A DNA stretch of 31,771 nucleotides from an uncultured Eubacteriales bacterium (GTDB taxonomy: Bacteria > Bacillota > Clostridia > Oscillospirales > CAG-272). This document shows positions 1 to 9,241 of this stretch, piece after piece (the first letter of the stretch is position 1; each line of letters starts with the position of its first letter). The stretch is taken from NCBI GenBank assembly GCA_905210485.1, contig CAJLXA010000021.1:1-31771 (forward strand), written 5' to 3'. The translations under genes and the position numbers were made by a program. The notes beneath the pieces were generated by a model that saw only the letters and a list, made by a program, of their open reading frames with translations, searched no databases and was not told where the DNA came from.

Positions 1-1836
1 GGTTCCTTTAATATGGACATGAGAAGTGCATATATGGATACGGAACTGATGAAGCATTATATGTACGATCCGAATGACAACAACTCGCTTTCCCAAAACT
101 TTATCACAGACATAGCAGAAACAGGAGAACATACCATGCTGGTTGCCACCCTAAAAGGTATAAACCTTTATAATGCGTTGACAGACAATTTTGAGCGGAT
201 AAATAAAGATACCGGAGAAGGAGAAATCGTACAAAACACATTAAACTGTGACTTCGTAAACTGTCTGCTGACCGATGGTGACATTATCTGGGTAGGAACC
301 GAAGTGGGAGGGCTGAACAAGATGAGCCGCCGGATGCTGTTGGTACAAAACTATTATCATATTCCCACCATTCCCGGAAGTCTTTCCCAAAATCCCGTCA
401 ATGCCATTTATGAAGACCCGTCGGGTGTTTTATGGGTAGGAACCGTAGAAGGAGGTTTAAACCGGCGGGCTCCCGGCAGCAACACTTTTGAGCACTATAC
501 TACCGATGCACCCGCCCACCTAAGCCATAATACCGTCAGTTGTTTTACCAGCGATAACGATGGAAGGCTCTGGATAGGAACCTGGGGAGGAGGCATAGGA
601 TGGATAGACATGAAAAATCCGCAGAACAAACAATTCCACCACATAGAAATACCCGAATACGGAGACTTCTCATGGGGATGGGCCGGAAGTATCTGCTATG
701 ACCGCCTGAACCATGCTATCTGGGTAGGAACCAGTACCAATATCTATGTTTACGACTTGAAAACACAAACGCTCACCGAACCATTCAAGGGTATGAACCT
801 AGGTGGAATTGAAGGCTGTACAGGATACTATATAGATAAGGATAACCACCTGTGGCTGGGACTTACAGAAGGACTTTGCCGAATAGATCTAAGCAGTTTG
901 AAAGCCCCCAGACTGATTTATCAACTCTGGAGGATCAAGCTAGACGAACCGGAGTCAAAGTTAAAGGAAAGGGTAACCTACATCACCCAGTCTAAAGACG
1001 GAACCCTTTGGATAGGCAGCAACGGATATGGTTTCTACAAATCCTCACCAACAGAAAACGGAGAATATACCTTCCGCTCCTTCACCACCGAAGACGGACT
1101 GATAAACAACAGTGTCCGCTGCATATCGGAAGATAAAGAAGGGTATCTTTGGATTACCACCACCAACGGACTCTCCCGCTTCAATCCTAACAACAACAGC
1201 TTCTTCAACTATACCCGGAAAGACGGACTATTATCCAACCAGTTCTATTGGAACGCAATATGCCGTGCCGCCAATGGAGATTTGTATGTAGGAAGTACTA
1301 AAGGGCTGTCTGTAGTCAAACCAGTCATAGACACAAATCCCAAGGAGGCTGTTCCTCTGGCATTCACCCATGTTCGTGTGGCCAATGAAGAACGATTGTA
1401 CACAAACGGCACCCTACAGTTACACGAACGCGACAAATCTCTCTATATTGAATTTGCCGCACTGGATTATGATGCATCGACATTCGCCAATTATTATTAC
1501 CGCTTGAAAGGATTTGACGACAAATGGATAAAAGTACCGGCCAACAGACGACAAGCCGCCTATACCAATCTGCGTCCCGGCAACTATACTTTCGAACTGC
1601 GTTATGCCCCCGACGGCAAACAATGGCTGGAAGAAATGGCAGAACTCCACATTGCCGTATCACCTTATTTCTATAAAACCATCTGGTTCATTCTGTCCAT
1701 ATTGGTTCTTCTATCTTTCCTTATATATAAGGTATTATCATGGAGGCTTCGTTCGTTAAAAGAACAACAAGAAATGCTCCACATCAAAGTAGAGGAACGT
1801 ACCCGTGAACTGGAAGAACAGAAAAAACTGCTTTCC
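1..1836 (+). CDS. 5'-truncated fragment of a Bacteroidota-type hybrid two-component sensor: periplasmic beta-propeller repeats, Y_Y_Y domain, TM helix and the start of the coiled-coil linker. The kinase, receiver and AraC parts are absent.
   Basis: The frame is open from nt 1. Propeller repeats of the type G-LW-GT--GL recur ([52 protein letters not shown]). The Y_Y_Y region reads [15 protein letters not shown]...[16 protein letters not shown]. It is followed by the TM helix [16 protein letters not shown] and the coiled coil [26 protein letters not shown]+C and codon usage are visibly lower than in the rest of the window. Confidence 0.7.
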
Positions 1837-3039
1837 GCACTTCGCCGCGGCACCTATTTCAGCGCGGTGCTGATCGCCGTGGCCGCCCTGTTCATTGTGG
1901 GATTTGTTCTCGGCTGGGATAAGATTGGCCTGTATTTTGCCATTATCGCGGGTCTCGTGTCCGGCGTGCTGATCGGTGCGTTTACCGAATATTTCACGTC
2001 CGACACCTATAAACCCACGCAAAAACTCGCCGCCTCTTCCGAAACCGGCACTGCGACCGTCATTATCAGCGGGCTCGGACTCGGCATGCTTTCGACGCTG
2101 ATGCCGGTCATCATTATTGCGGCCTGTATTCTGGTAGCGTTCTTTGTATCGGGCGGTACGATCGCCGATCCCGCAATGGGACTTTACGGCATTGCCCTTG
2201 CGGCGGTCGGTATGCTCTCAACGCTCGGTATCACACTGGCAACGGACGCTTACGGTCCCGTTGCGGATAACGCGGGCGGCATTGCCGAAATGGCCGAACT
2301 CCCGCCCGAAGTACGCGAACGTACGGACGCGCTTGATTCTCTCGGTAACACGACCGCGGCCACAGGCAAAGGCTTCGCCATCGGTTCCGCCGCGCTGACA
2401 GCGCTGGCGCTGATCGCCTCCTATGTCGACAAAGTAAAAACGCTTTCCCCCTCCGCAAGTCTTTCGTTTGACCTTATGAATCCTTTGGTTCTCGTCGGTC
2501 TCTTTGTGGGCGCCTGCCTTCCCTTTATCTTTGCCGCGCTCACGATGGGCAGCGTTCACCGCGCCGCGCAGAGCATCGTTCTGGAAGTACGGCGGCAGTT
2601 CCGCGAGATTACGGGACTCATGGAAGGAAAGGCGCACGCGGATTATGCCGCCTGCGTCGATCTTTGCACGCGTTCTTCTCTTCGCGAAATGATCCTCCCG
2701 TCCGTCATCGCCGTGATTGTTCCGATCGTAGCAGGTCTTGTCCTCGGCTATCAGGGCGTTGTCGGTATGCTGGCCGGCGCAACGGCATCGGGTTTCCTGC
2801 TTGCCATCTTCATGTCCAATGCCGGCGGCGCGTGGGACAATGCGAAAAAATACGTGGAGAGCGGCCATCACGGCGGAAAAGGCTCCGAACAGCATAAGGC
2901 TACCGTTGTCGGCGATACGGTGGGCGATCCTTTCAAAGATACTTCGGGTCCGTCCATCAATATTCTGATCAAACTGCTTTCCATGGTATCCATTGTCTTT
3001 GCATATCTTGTCATCAACTTCAGCCTTCTCGGACGCTGA
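1837..3039 (+). CDS. hppA: C-terminal ~400 aa of a K+-dependent membrane-bound pyrophosphatase (H+/Na+-translocating PPase). The N-terminal half is missing and this part is fused in frame to the preceding fragment.
   Basis: Motifs present: [47 protein letters not shown] (Ala after GNTT is the K+-dependent class signature), [12 protein letters not shown] and [26 protein letters not shown] stop is followed by a strong terminator. Confidence 0.85.
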   Translation, partial: ALRRGTYFSAVLIAVAALFIVGFVLGWDKIGLYFAIIAGLVSGVLIGAFTEYFTSDTYKPTQKLAASSETGTATVIISGLGLGMLSTLMPVIIIAACILVAFFVSGGTIADPAMGLYGIALAAVGMLSTLGITLATDAYGPVADNAGGIAEMAELPPEVRERTDALDSLGNTTAATGKGFAIGSAALTALALIASYVDKVKTLSPSASLSFDLMNPLVLVGLFVGACLPFIFAALTMGSVHRAAQSIVLEVRRQFREITGLMEGKAHADYAACVDLCTRSSLREMILPSVIAVIVPIVAGLVLGYQGVVGMLAGATASGFLLAIFMSNAGGAWDNAKKYVESGHHGGKGSEQHKATVVGDTVGDPFKDTSGPSINILIKLLSMVSIVFAYLVINFSLLGR

Positions 3040-3044
3040 ACCAT

Positions 3045-3085
3045 AAAACAGCGGCAAGGCATAATGCCTTGCCGCTGTTTTATTT
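3045..3085. terminator. Bidirectional rho-independent terminator between convergent hppA and the nucleotidyltransferase gene
   Basis: A 17-bp perfect stem, AAAACAGCGGCAAGGCA / TGCCTTGCCGCTGTTTT, with a 3-nt loop. An A-run lies upstream and a T-run downstream. Confidence 0.85.
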
Positions 3086-4246
3086 ATCAAGACCGAGGCG
3101 CGAAAGCAAATCATTCATATCGCACGTTTCGGAAGCGTCGATACGGTTGTTTATACGGAATTCCCGGAGACTTCTTCGTGCGCCGCCGCCGAAAATCAAT
3201 CCGAAACAACGCCGAAGTTCATAAAGCGGCAACAGCCATCTATGCTTCTCAAGCGACGGATACTTAAACTTCAGTGCGTCATACGGAAGCCATAGGCGCG
3301 ACAGGATATAGCGGAATTTACCGCCTTTTCTGGCCTGCTGAACGGCTACGCGCATTTCCGTCGTCCCGTAAACGCCGCCCTCCAGAACATAGGCTTCCAT
3401 ACGGCGCGTAAGGTCGCTGTGTTCGGCCGTACCGAACCATACGCGGGAAAGTTCCTCCGCCGTTTTTGCAAATGCGGAAAGTCCGCCCGCGGCCAGTAAT
3501 TTTTCCGTTGCGGCGTTATCCCGCTCCCTGTTTTCCCGCATGATCTTCAGGTCAAGAAAAGGTTTTATGCCGCACCCGCCATGCAAAAAATGCTTTGCCA
3601 TATGGGCGATATGATAATAGTAGAACATATCTTCGGACAGGCGAAAACGGTACGGATTATCGGTCGGGATCATGAAGTTTTCTATCCCGGCAAGCGGTTT
3701 ATCCGCCATAGCGCCCGCCGCGGAATCCTCGATAAGCGTATAATGCAATTCCAGATGCAGGCCGTCCGGCGACACGCAGAGCAGGTCGTGCGGCCCTTTC
3801 TTCCCGTCCGTACGATAGCCAAGTTCCCGTTCCACGGCGGCCGCCGCGGACATAAGGTCGGTCTCCCGTACGAAAATATCCATATCGCAACTATTGCGCA
3901 TCCACGGTTCCGGATAGAGCGGGCGTATCACGGCGCCTTTCAGCGGGATATACGGAATCTGCGCCCGTTCAAGAACGGCGGTTATGCGCGGAATCTCATA
4001 CTCCAGTTTTGCGGTATGAAGCATAGCAATCAGGCGTTCTTTACGGAATTTTTCCCCGACAGCGTTATCCGGCAGGATATGCGCGCGGTCGAGCGCGTCG
4101 CAGACAAGTGCGGCAAGGTCATGATGTTTTGAAAGTTCATACAGCGAAAGAAGTTCATCGTCCGTAAACGCGGCGCATGCCGTAAAGCACGAAGAGTCTA
4201 TCTCGCTTTTCAGTAGCCCGGTCATGGTTTTCATGACGTTTTCCAT
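3080..4246 (-). CDS. Uncharacterised nucleotidyltransferase family protein (NTP_transf_5 / PF14907-like)
   Basis: 388-aa ORF with a GAAGGA RBS 6 nt upstream of the ATG. The overall sequence pattern (LYELSKHHDLAALV..., IPYIPLKGAVIRPLYPEPWMRNSCDMDIFV, HLELHYTL) is typical of this family. The assignment is from memory of the family and not searched. Confidence 0.6.
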   Translation of the reverse strand: MENVMKTMTGLLKSEIDSSCFTACAAFTDDELLSLYELSKHHDLAALVCDALDRAHILPDNAVGEKFRKERLIAMLHTAKLEYEIPRITAVLERAQIPYIPLKGAVIRPLYPEPWMRNSCDMDIFVRETDLMSAAAAVERELGYRTDGKKGPHDLLCVSPDGLHLELHYTLIEDSAAGAMADKPLAGIENFMIPTDNPYRFRLSEDMFYYYHIAHMAKHFLHGGCGIKPFLDLKIMRENRERDNAATEKLLAAGGLSAFAKTAEELSRVWFGTAEHSDLTRRMEAYVLEGGVYGTTEMRVAVQQARKGGKFRYILSRLWLPYDALKFKYPSLEKHRWLLPLYELRRCFGLIFGGGARRSLREFRINNRIDASETCDMNDLLSRLGLDK

Positions 4247-4273
4247 GAAAAATCCTTCTTTCTACACGTTGTT

Positions 4274-4735
4274 TTATGATGCCGCTTTCCGTTTCATCAA
4301 TATAAAAACCAGTATGCGTATACACAGGACAACCGCGATCCCGCACGCAACGCCGCCAATATCCAGCCACACGTCCTGCACCTGCGAACCGCGTTTTGTG
4401 AATATCTGGATAGTTTCGTCGCACAAAGCCACCGCACTGCCGAAAGCGAACACATTGATATACGCCTGCGCATTTTTCTTTCGCAACAGCCATAAAAGGA
4501 CGGAAACTTCCGCTCCGAGCGTGAAAAATTCCGAAAAATGCGCCAACTTTCTCACAAGATGACCCGTCACATTCTCTTTACCGATGACCGGCGAAAGAAC
4601 GGGTTTCACGATTGTTTCCCCCACCCGGTCGCTCTCGCTCTGGGACGTTTCCTGATCGGGAAGCGATTTTGAAAAAATGAAGCCCACCGTCAGACAAATC
4701 AAAACAATCATGCATACAATCGGAATCTTTTTCAT
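4274..4735 (-). CDS. VanZ-like family membrane protein
   Basis: 153 aa with an N-terminal TM helix and the VanZ-like core KLAHFSEFFTLG...DETIQIFTKRGSQVQDVWLDIGGVACG. It lies 27 nt upstream of, and on the same strand as, the nucleotidyltransferase gene. Confidence 0.7.
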   Translation of the reverse strand: MKKIPIVCMIVLICLTVGFIFSKSLPDQETSQSESDRVGETIVKPVLSPVIGKENVTGHLVRKLAHFSEFFTLGAEVSVLLWLLRKKNAQAYINVFAFGSAVALCDETIQIFTKRGSQVQDVWLDIGGVACGIAVVLCIRILVFILMKRKAAS

Positions 4736-4916
4736 ATGTAAACCCCTACCATCCGGAAAACAATTTTGATTCTGATATAACTACCTTATATTATATAATA
4801 ACATGAGTTTTTTCGTGTGTCAATGAGAAAAAAAGGATTTTTGACGTTCTTATTGCCGTTACCGCAATTTCTCTGCACTGCAATATTTATTCTGTGTAAA
4901 ATTTCTGTAAAAAACA

Positions 4917-4945
4917 TTGCAAAAACGCGAAAAAAAGTATAAAAT
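4917..4945 (+). promoter_or_regulatory. Sigma-70-type promoter for the activase operon
   Basis: TTGCAA (4917-4922), a 17-nt spacer, then TAAAAT (4940-4945), about 50 nt upstream of the ATG at 4997. Confidence 0.5.
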
Positions 4946-4951
4946 AGAGGT

Positions 4952-4966
4952 GTTGCATTTTGCAAC
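4952..4966. promoter_or_regulatory. Perfect palindrome at the predicted transcription start (candidate operator)
   Basis: GTTGCA-TTT-TGCAAC, a perfect 6-3-6 inverted repeat that begins 7 nt after the -10 hexamer. Confidence 0.45.
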
Positions 4967-4996
4967 GTTCAAAATCCGCACACCCGGAGGCCCTAA

Positions 4997-7927
4997 ATGA
5001 ATTATTTACTCGGTATAGACATCGGTTCCACTACGGTAAAACTTGTTCTGACCAAAGACGGTCATACCGTTTATGAAAAATATGAACGCCACTTTTCACG
5101 TGTTCGTGAAAAGACGGCCGAACTTCTTTCCGCTATTCGCCCGCTGACGCAAAACGAACAGATTGCCGTCGCCGTTTCCGGATCGGCCGGTCTCGGACTT
5201 TCCGAAGAGGCGGGACTTCCCTTTATCCAGGAAGTGTTTGCAACAGGCGAAGTGGTGAAAAACCGTGAGCCGGATACTTCCGTCGTTATTGAACTCGGCG
5301 GCGAAGACGCCAAAATCATCTTTTTCCGCGGCGGCATTGACGAACGTATGAACGGTTCCTGTGCCGGCGGCACCGGCGCTTTTATCGATCAGATGGCCAC
5401 GCTTCTTGATGTCACGGTTGACGAACTGGATCGCCTGAGCCTGCAATATGAACGTATTTATCCAATCGCTTCCCGTTGCGGCGTTTTCGCCAAAACCGAT
5501 ATTCAGCCGCTCATGAATCAGGGCGCGCGCAAAGAAGATATTGCCATGAGCATTTATCAGGCCGTGGTCAACCAGACCATCGCCGGTCTTGCGCAAGGTC
5601 GCAAGATCGAAGGCAAAGTGCTCTTCCTCGGCGGGCCGCTCTATTACTGCAAAGGACTTCGCCTCGCTTTCAAGCAGACGCTCATGCTTTCGGACGAAAA
5701 CGCCGTTTTCCCCGACTACGCCCTTTATGCCGTAGCGCTCGGCGCGACCTATTATGCCGAAAAAGAAAATGCCCTTTTCACGATCGACGCGCTCCTTGAT
5801 AAAATCAAAAACGCAAAACGCAAACTGACAGCCGAACGCCTGCCGCCGCTTTTCGCCACTGAAGAAGACTACGAGGCCTTTGTCGAACGGCACGCGAAAG
5901 CCTCGGTGAAGACCGCGGACATTGCCACGTACCGCGGCAAAGCCTATCTCGGCATTGACTGCGGCAGTACCACGACAAAACTGGTACTGATCTCCGCAGA
6001 CAAAGAGATTCTTTATACATACTATGCATCCAACCTTGGCAATCCCATTGAAGTCATCAAAACCCGCCTTGCGGAAATATATGACCTTTGTAAAGACCGC
6101 ATCACCATTGCCGGAAGCGCTGTTACAGGCTACGGCGAAGAACTGATGCGCAACGCTTTTTCAGTGGACTGCGGAATCGTGGAGACCATCGCCCACTACA
6201 CGGCGGCGAAGTTCTTCCGCCCCGACGTCGACTTCATTATTGACATCGGCGGTCAGGACATCAAATGTTTTAAGATCCGCAACGGCGCCATTGACAGCAT
6301 CATGCTGAACGAAGCCTGCTCTTCGGGCTGCGGTTCCTTTCTCGAAACATTTGCCAAGTCCATGGGGTATAATATCGCTGATTTTGCAAAGCAAGGTTTA
6401 CAATGTAAGGCTCCCGTTAACCTCGGAAGCCGTTGCACGGTATTCATGAACTCCTCCGTGAAGCAGTCGCAGAAAGAGGGCGCCACCGTTGCGGACATCT
6501 CCGGCGGCCTCGCGGTCAGCGTTATCAAAAACGCCGTTTATAAGGTGATCCGTGCGTCCTCTGCCGCGGAACTCGGCGAAAATATCGTTGTGCAAGGCGG
6601 CACCTTTTATAACGACGCCGTATTGCGCGCCTTTGAAAACGAACTGCATCACACGGTCATACGGCCGAATATCGCGGGACTTATGGGCGCATTCGGCGCG
6701 GCGCTTTACGCAATGAAATGCACCCATTCCGATCTTATCTCCCCCAAAGCGCTTGCCGCGTTCACACATAGCGCGGTGGCGGCGACATGCCACAAGTGCA
6801 TGAACCGCTGTCGCCTGACCGTCAATACGTTTTCCGACGGACGGCGCTACATTTCGGGTAACCGTTGTGAAAAGGGTCTCGGCATCAAATCCGAAACCTC
6901 CGATACGCCGAACCTCTATGCTTATAAACGCGATTACCTCCTCACGCTTGCAAAAGACGAGGGAGAAGCCGTACGCGGCACGGTCGGTATGCCCCTTGCG
7001 CTCGGTATGTACGAACTGTTCCCGCTCTGGCATGCGATCTTCCGCTCGCTCGGTTTCCGCGTCATTACATCCGGCATGTCCACACGTGCCACCTACGAAA
7101 AAGGACAGTTTTCAATTCCGTCGGACACAGCGTGTTACCCCGCGAAACTCATGCACGGTCATATTGAAAATCTGCTTGCCGAAAAGCCGGACGCCGTTTT
7201 TTACCCATGCCTTTCTTACAACGTTGACGAACATGCATCCGATAATCACTATAACTGCCCGGTCGTCGCTTACTATTCCGAACTGCTTGCCGGAAATGTC
7301 GAAGATCTGAAAAAAACGAAATTTTTCTATCCCTATCTTTCCGTAAATGATGAAAAAGAACTGACCCGCGAACTTACGCTTTATCTGAACGAAACTTTCG
7401 GCAACATCGGAAAATCCGAAATTGCCAAAGCCGTTCACAGCGGATTTGTCGCCTATCAGACATATATCCGTGCCGTGCACGAAGAGGGCGAGCGCGCCAT
7501 TGCCTATGCGCGGGAAAAGCATATGCCGATCATGGTGCTTGCCGGCCGCCCCTATCACATTGACGAGGAGATCAGCCACGGCATCGACAAACTGGCGGTT
7601 TCGCTCGGCTTCACGGTTGTCAGCGAAGACAGTGTGGCGCATCTCACGACACCGCCCGACAAAATACGCGTTCTGAACCAGTGGACATACCACGCGCGTC
7701 TTTACCGCGCCGCCAAGTTCGTGACCGAAAACCCCGACATGCAACTTGTGCAAATGGTATCTTTCGGTTGCGGCGTTGACGCCATCACGTCCGACGAAGT
7801 GCGTTCCATTCTGGAAAGCAAAGGAAAATTCTATACTCAACTGAAAATTGACGAAATTACCAATCTCGGCGCCGTTAAAATACGTCTGCGCAGTCTGATC
7901 GGTGCCATGGAAGGAGGAAACGTCTGA
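4997..7927 (+). CDS. Acyl-CoA dehydratase activase-like protein: two BadF/BadG/BcrA/BcrD-type ATPase domains, a Cys-rich linker and a DUF2229-like C-terminal domain
   Basis: Two ASKHA phosphate-1 motifs (GIDIGSTTVKLVL and GIDCGSTTTKLVLI), each followed by IIDIGGQD/VIELGGED-type motifs. The Cys cluster is CHKCMNRCRLTVN...GNRCEKG. A GGAGG RBS is present. 976 aa. Confidence 0.8.
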   Translation: MNYLLGIDIGSTTVKLVLTKDGHTVYEKYERHFSRVREKTAELLSAIRPLTQNEQIAVAVSGSAGLGLSEEAGLPFIQEVFATGEVVKNREPDTSVVIELGGEDAKIIFFRGGIDERMNGSCAGGTGAFIDQMATLLDVTVDELDRLSLQYERIYPIASRCGVFAKTDIQPLMNQGARKEDIAMSIYQAVVNQTIAGLAQGRKIEGKVLFLGGPLYYCKGLRLAFKQTLMLSDENAVFPDYALYAVALGATYYAEKENALFTIDALLDKIKNAKRKLTAERLPPLFATEEDYEAFVERHAKASVKTADIATYRGKAYLGIDCGSTTTKLVLISADKEILYTYYASNLGNPIEVIKTRLAEIYDLCKDRITIAGSAVTGYGEELMRNAFSVDCGIVETIAHYTAAKFFRPDVDFIIDIGGQDIKCFKIRNGAIDSIMLNEACSSGCGSFLETFAKSMGYNIADFAKQGLQCKAPVNLGSRCTVFMNSSVKQSQKEGATVADISGGLAVSVIKNAVYKVIRASSAAELGENIVVQGGTFYNDAVLRAFENELHHTVIRPNIAGLMGAFGAALYAMKCTHSDLISPKALAAFTHSAVAATCHKCMNRCRLTVNTFSDGRRYISGNRCEKGLGIKSETSDTPNLYAYKRDYLLTLAKDEGEAVRGTVGMPLALGMYELFPLWHAIFRSLGFRVITSGMSTRATYEKGQFSIPSDTACYPAKLMHGHIENLLAEKPDAVFYPCLSYNVDEHASDNHYNCPVVAYYSELLAGNVEDLKKTKFFYPYLSVNDEKELTRELTLYLNETFGNIGKSEIAKAVHSGFVAYQTYIRAVHEEGERAIAYAREKHMPIMVLAGRPYHIDEEISHGIDKLAVSLGFTVVSEDSVAHLTTPPDKIRVLNQWTYHARLYRAAKFVTENPDMQLVQMVSFGCGVDAITSDEVRSILESKGKFYTQLKIDEITNLGAVKIRLRSLIGAMEGGNV

Positions 7928-9189
7928 TGACTTCCGCATACATTCCCTTTACCGAGGAAATGAAAAAAGACTATACGATCCTCGCTCCCAACATGCTCCC
8001 GATGCATTTTGAACTTATCCTGCAGATTCTGCGTAACGAAGGATATAAAACGGAACTTCTGCACGACGACGGGCGCAACGTTATTGAGACGGGGCTCCGC
8101 TACGTGCATAACGACACCTGCTACCCCGCCACGCTTATCATCGGACAGTTTATCCATGCCATTGAAAGCGGCCGCTATGACCCGCATAAAATCGCGCTCA
8201 TCATGTTCCAGACCGGCGGCGGCTGCCGTGCTTCCAACTATATTTTCCTGATCCGTAAGGCGCTTGAACGCGCGGGATACGGCTACGTTCCCGTTATCTC
8301 ATTCAGCCTGAACAATATGGAACACCATCCGGGGTTCAAACTGACCATTCCGATCATGCATAAGATGTTCTACTGCCTGTTTTACGGCGACCTTCTCATG
8401 TCGCTTGTGAACCAGGTTCGTCCGTATGAACTGCATGCGGGCGACGCGGAAGCATTGGCGCATGACTTTACAAAACGGCTGGCCTCCGAAATGAAAGAAA
8501 AGGGCGTTTCTTTCCGCCGTCTGAAAAAAGATTATATCCGTATTCTCGACGCGTTCGCCGCTATTCCGCAACGGAGTGAAAAAAATGCCGTCCGCGTCGG
8601 CGTCGTCGGAGAAATTTATGTAAAGTATTCCCCTTTCGGCAACAACCGTCTTCTTGATTTTCTGACCGAAGAGGGCGCGGAAGTTACGGTTCCCGGGCTT
8701 GTGGACTTCTTCCTGTTCACCATTCGTTATAAACTTGTCGACCATGAACTGTACCGTATGCACCGCCATTCCATTGTTCTCTACCGCTTCTTCTATCGCT
8801 TTATGAGAAAACGGCAGGAGACGCTGATCCGCATTATGGAAAAGGACGGTCGCTTCCGTCCCTCCGCTCCTTTTGAAAAAACCGTTGCGGAAACGAAAGG
8901 TATCGTCGGTCTCGGTTGCAAGATGGGCGAGGGGTGGCTTCTTCCCGCAGAGATTATGGAACTTGCGCACAGCGGCGCAAAGAATATTGTCTGCGCGCAA
9001 CCTTTCGGTTGCCTTCCGAACCACATTTGCGGGAAAGGCATGATGAAACCGATCAAGGACAAACATCCCGAAATCAATATTGTCGCCATTGATTATGACG
9101 CCAGTGCGGCCAAGGTCAATCAGGAGAACCGACTGAAATTGATGCTTGCCAATGCGAGGGAAAATGAAAATTCCGCCGTTACGAAATAA
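7927..9189 (+). CDS. Activase-associated 2-hydroxyacyl-CoA dehydratase-related partner protein (HGD-D/DUF2229-like)
   Basis: Its start overlaps the upstream stop (TGATG). Typical segments are VHNDTCYPATLIIGQ, FQTGGGCRASNY and CAQPFGCLPNHICGKG. This is the usual two-gene arrangement with the fused activase. Confidence 0.7.
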   Translation: MTSAYIPFTEEMKKDYTILAPNMLPMHFELILQILRNEGYKTELLHDDGRNVIETGLRYVHNDTCYPATLIIGQFIHAIESGRYDPHKIALIMFQTGGGCRASNYIFLIRKALERAGYGYVPVISFSLNNMEHHPGFKLTIPIMHKMFYCLFYGDLLMSLVNQVRPYELHAGDAEALAHDFTKRLASEMKEKGVSFRRLKKDYIRILDAFAAIPQRSEKNAVRVGVVGEIYVKYSPFGNNRLLDFLTEEGAEVTVPGLVDFFLFTIRYKLVDHELYRMHRHSIVLYRFFYRFMRKRQETLIRIMEKDGRFRPSAPFEKTVAETKGIVGLGCKMGEGWLLPAEIMELAHSGAKNIVCAQPFGCLPNHICGKGMMKPIKDKHPEINIVAIDYDASAAKVNQENRLKLMLANARENENSAVTK

Positions 9190-9241
9190 TTTCTGAACAA
9201 ATGTAATCTTTTGTATACATTTTTTGTGAAAAGGAGCTTAT

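Noticed and set aside
2218-3114. A 298-aa antisense ORF over the PPase fragment. Similar long antisense ORFs occur at 3581-4132, 5096-5893, 6398-7033, 7112-7939, 8299-9066 and 9635-10195.
   Set aside because: All lie opposite well-supported genes, lack an RBS, and have Arg/Gly/Ala-rich low-complexity composition with no motifs. They are typical shadow ORFs of GC-rich coding DNA.
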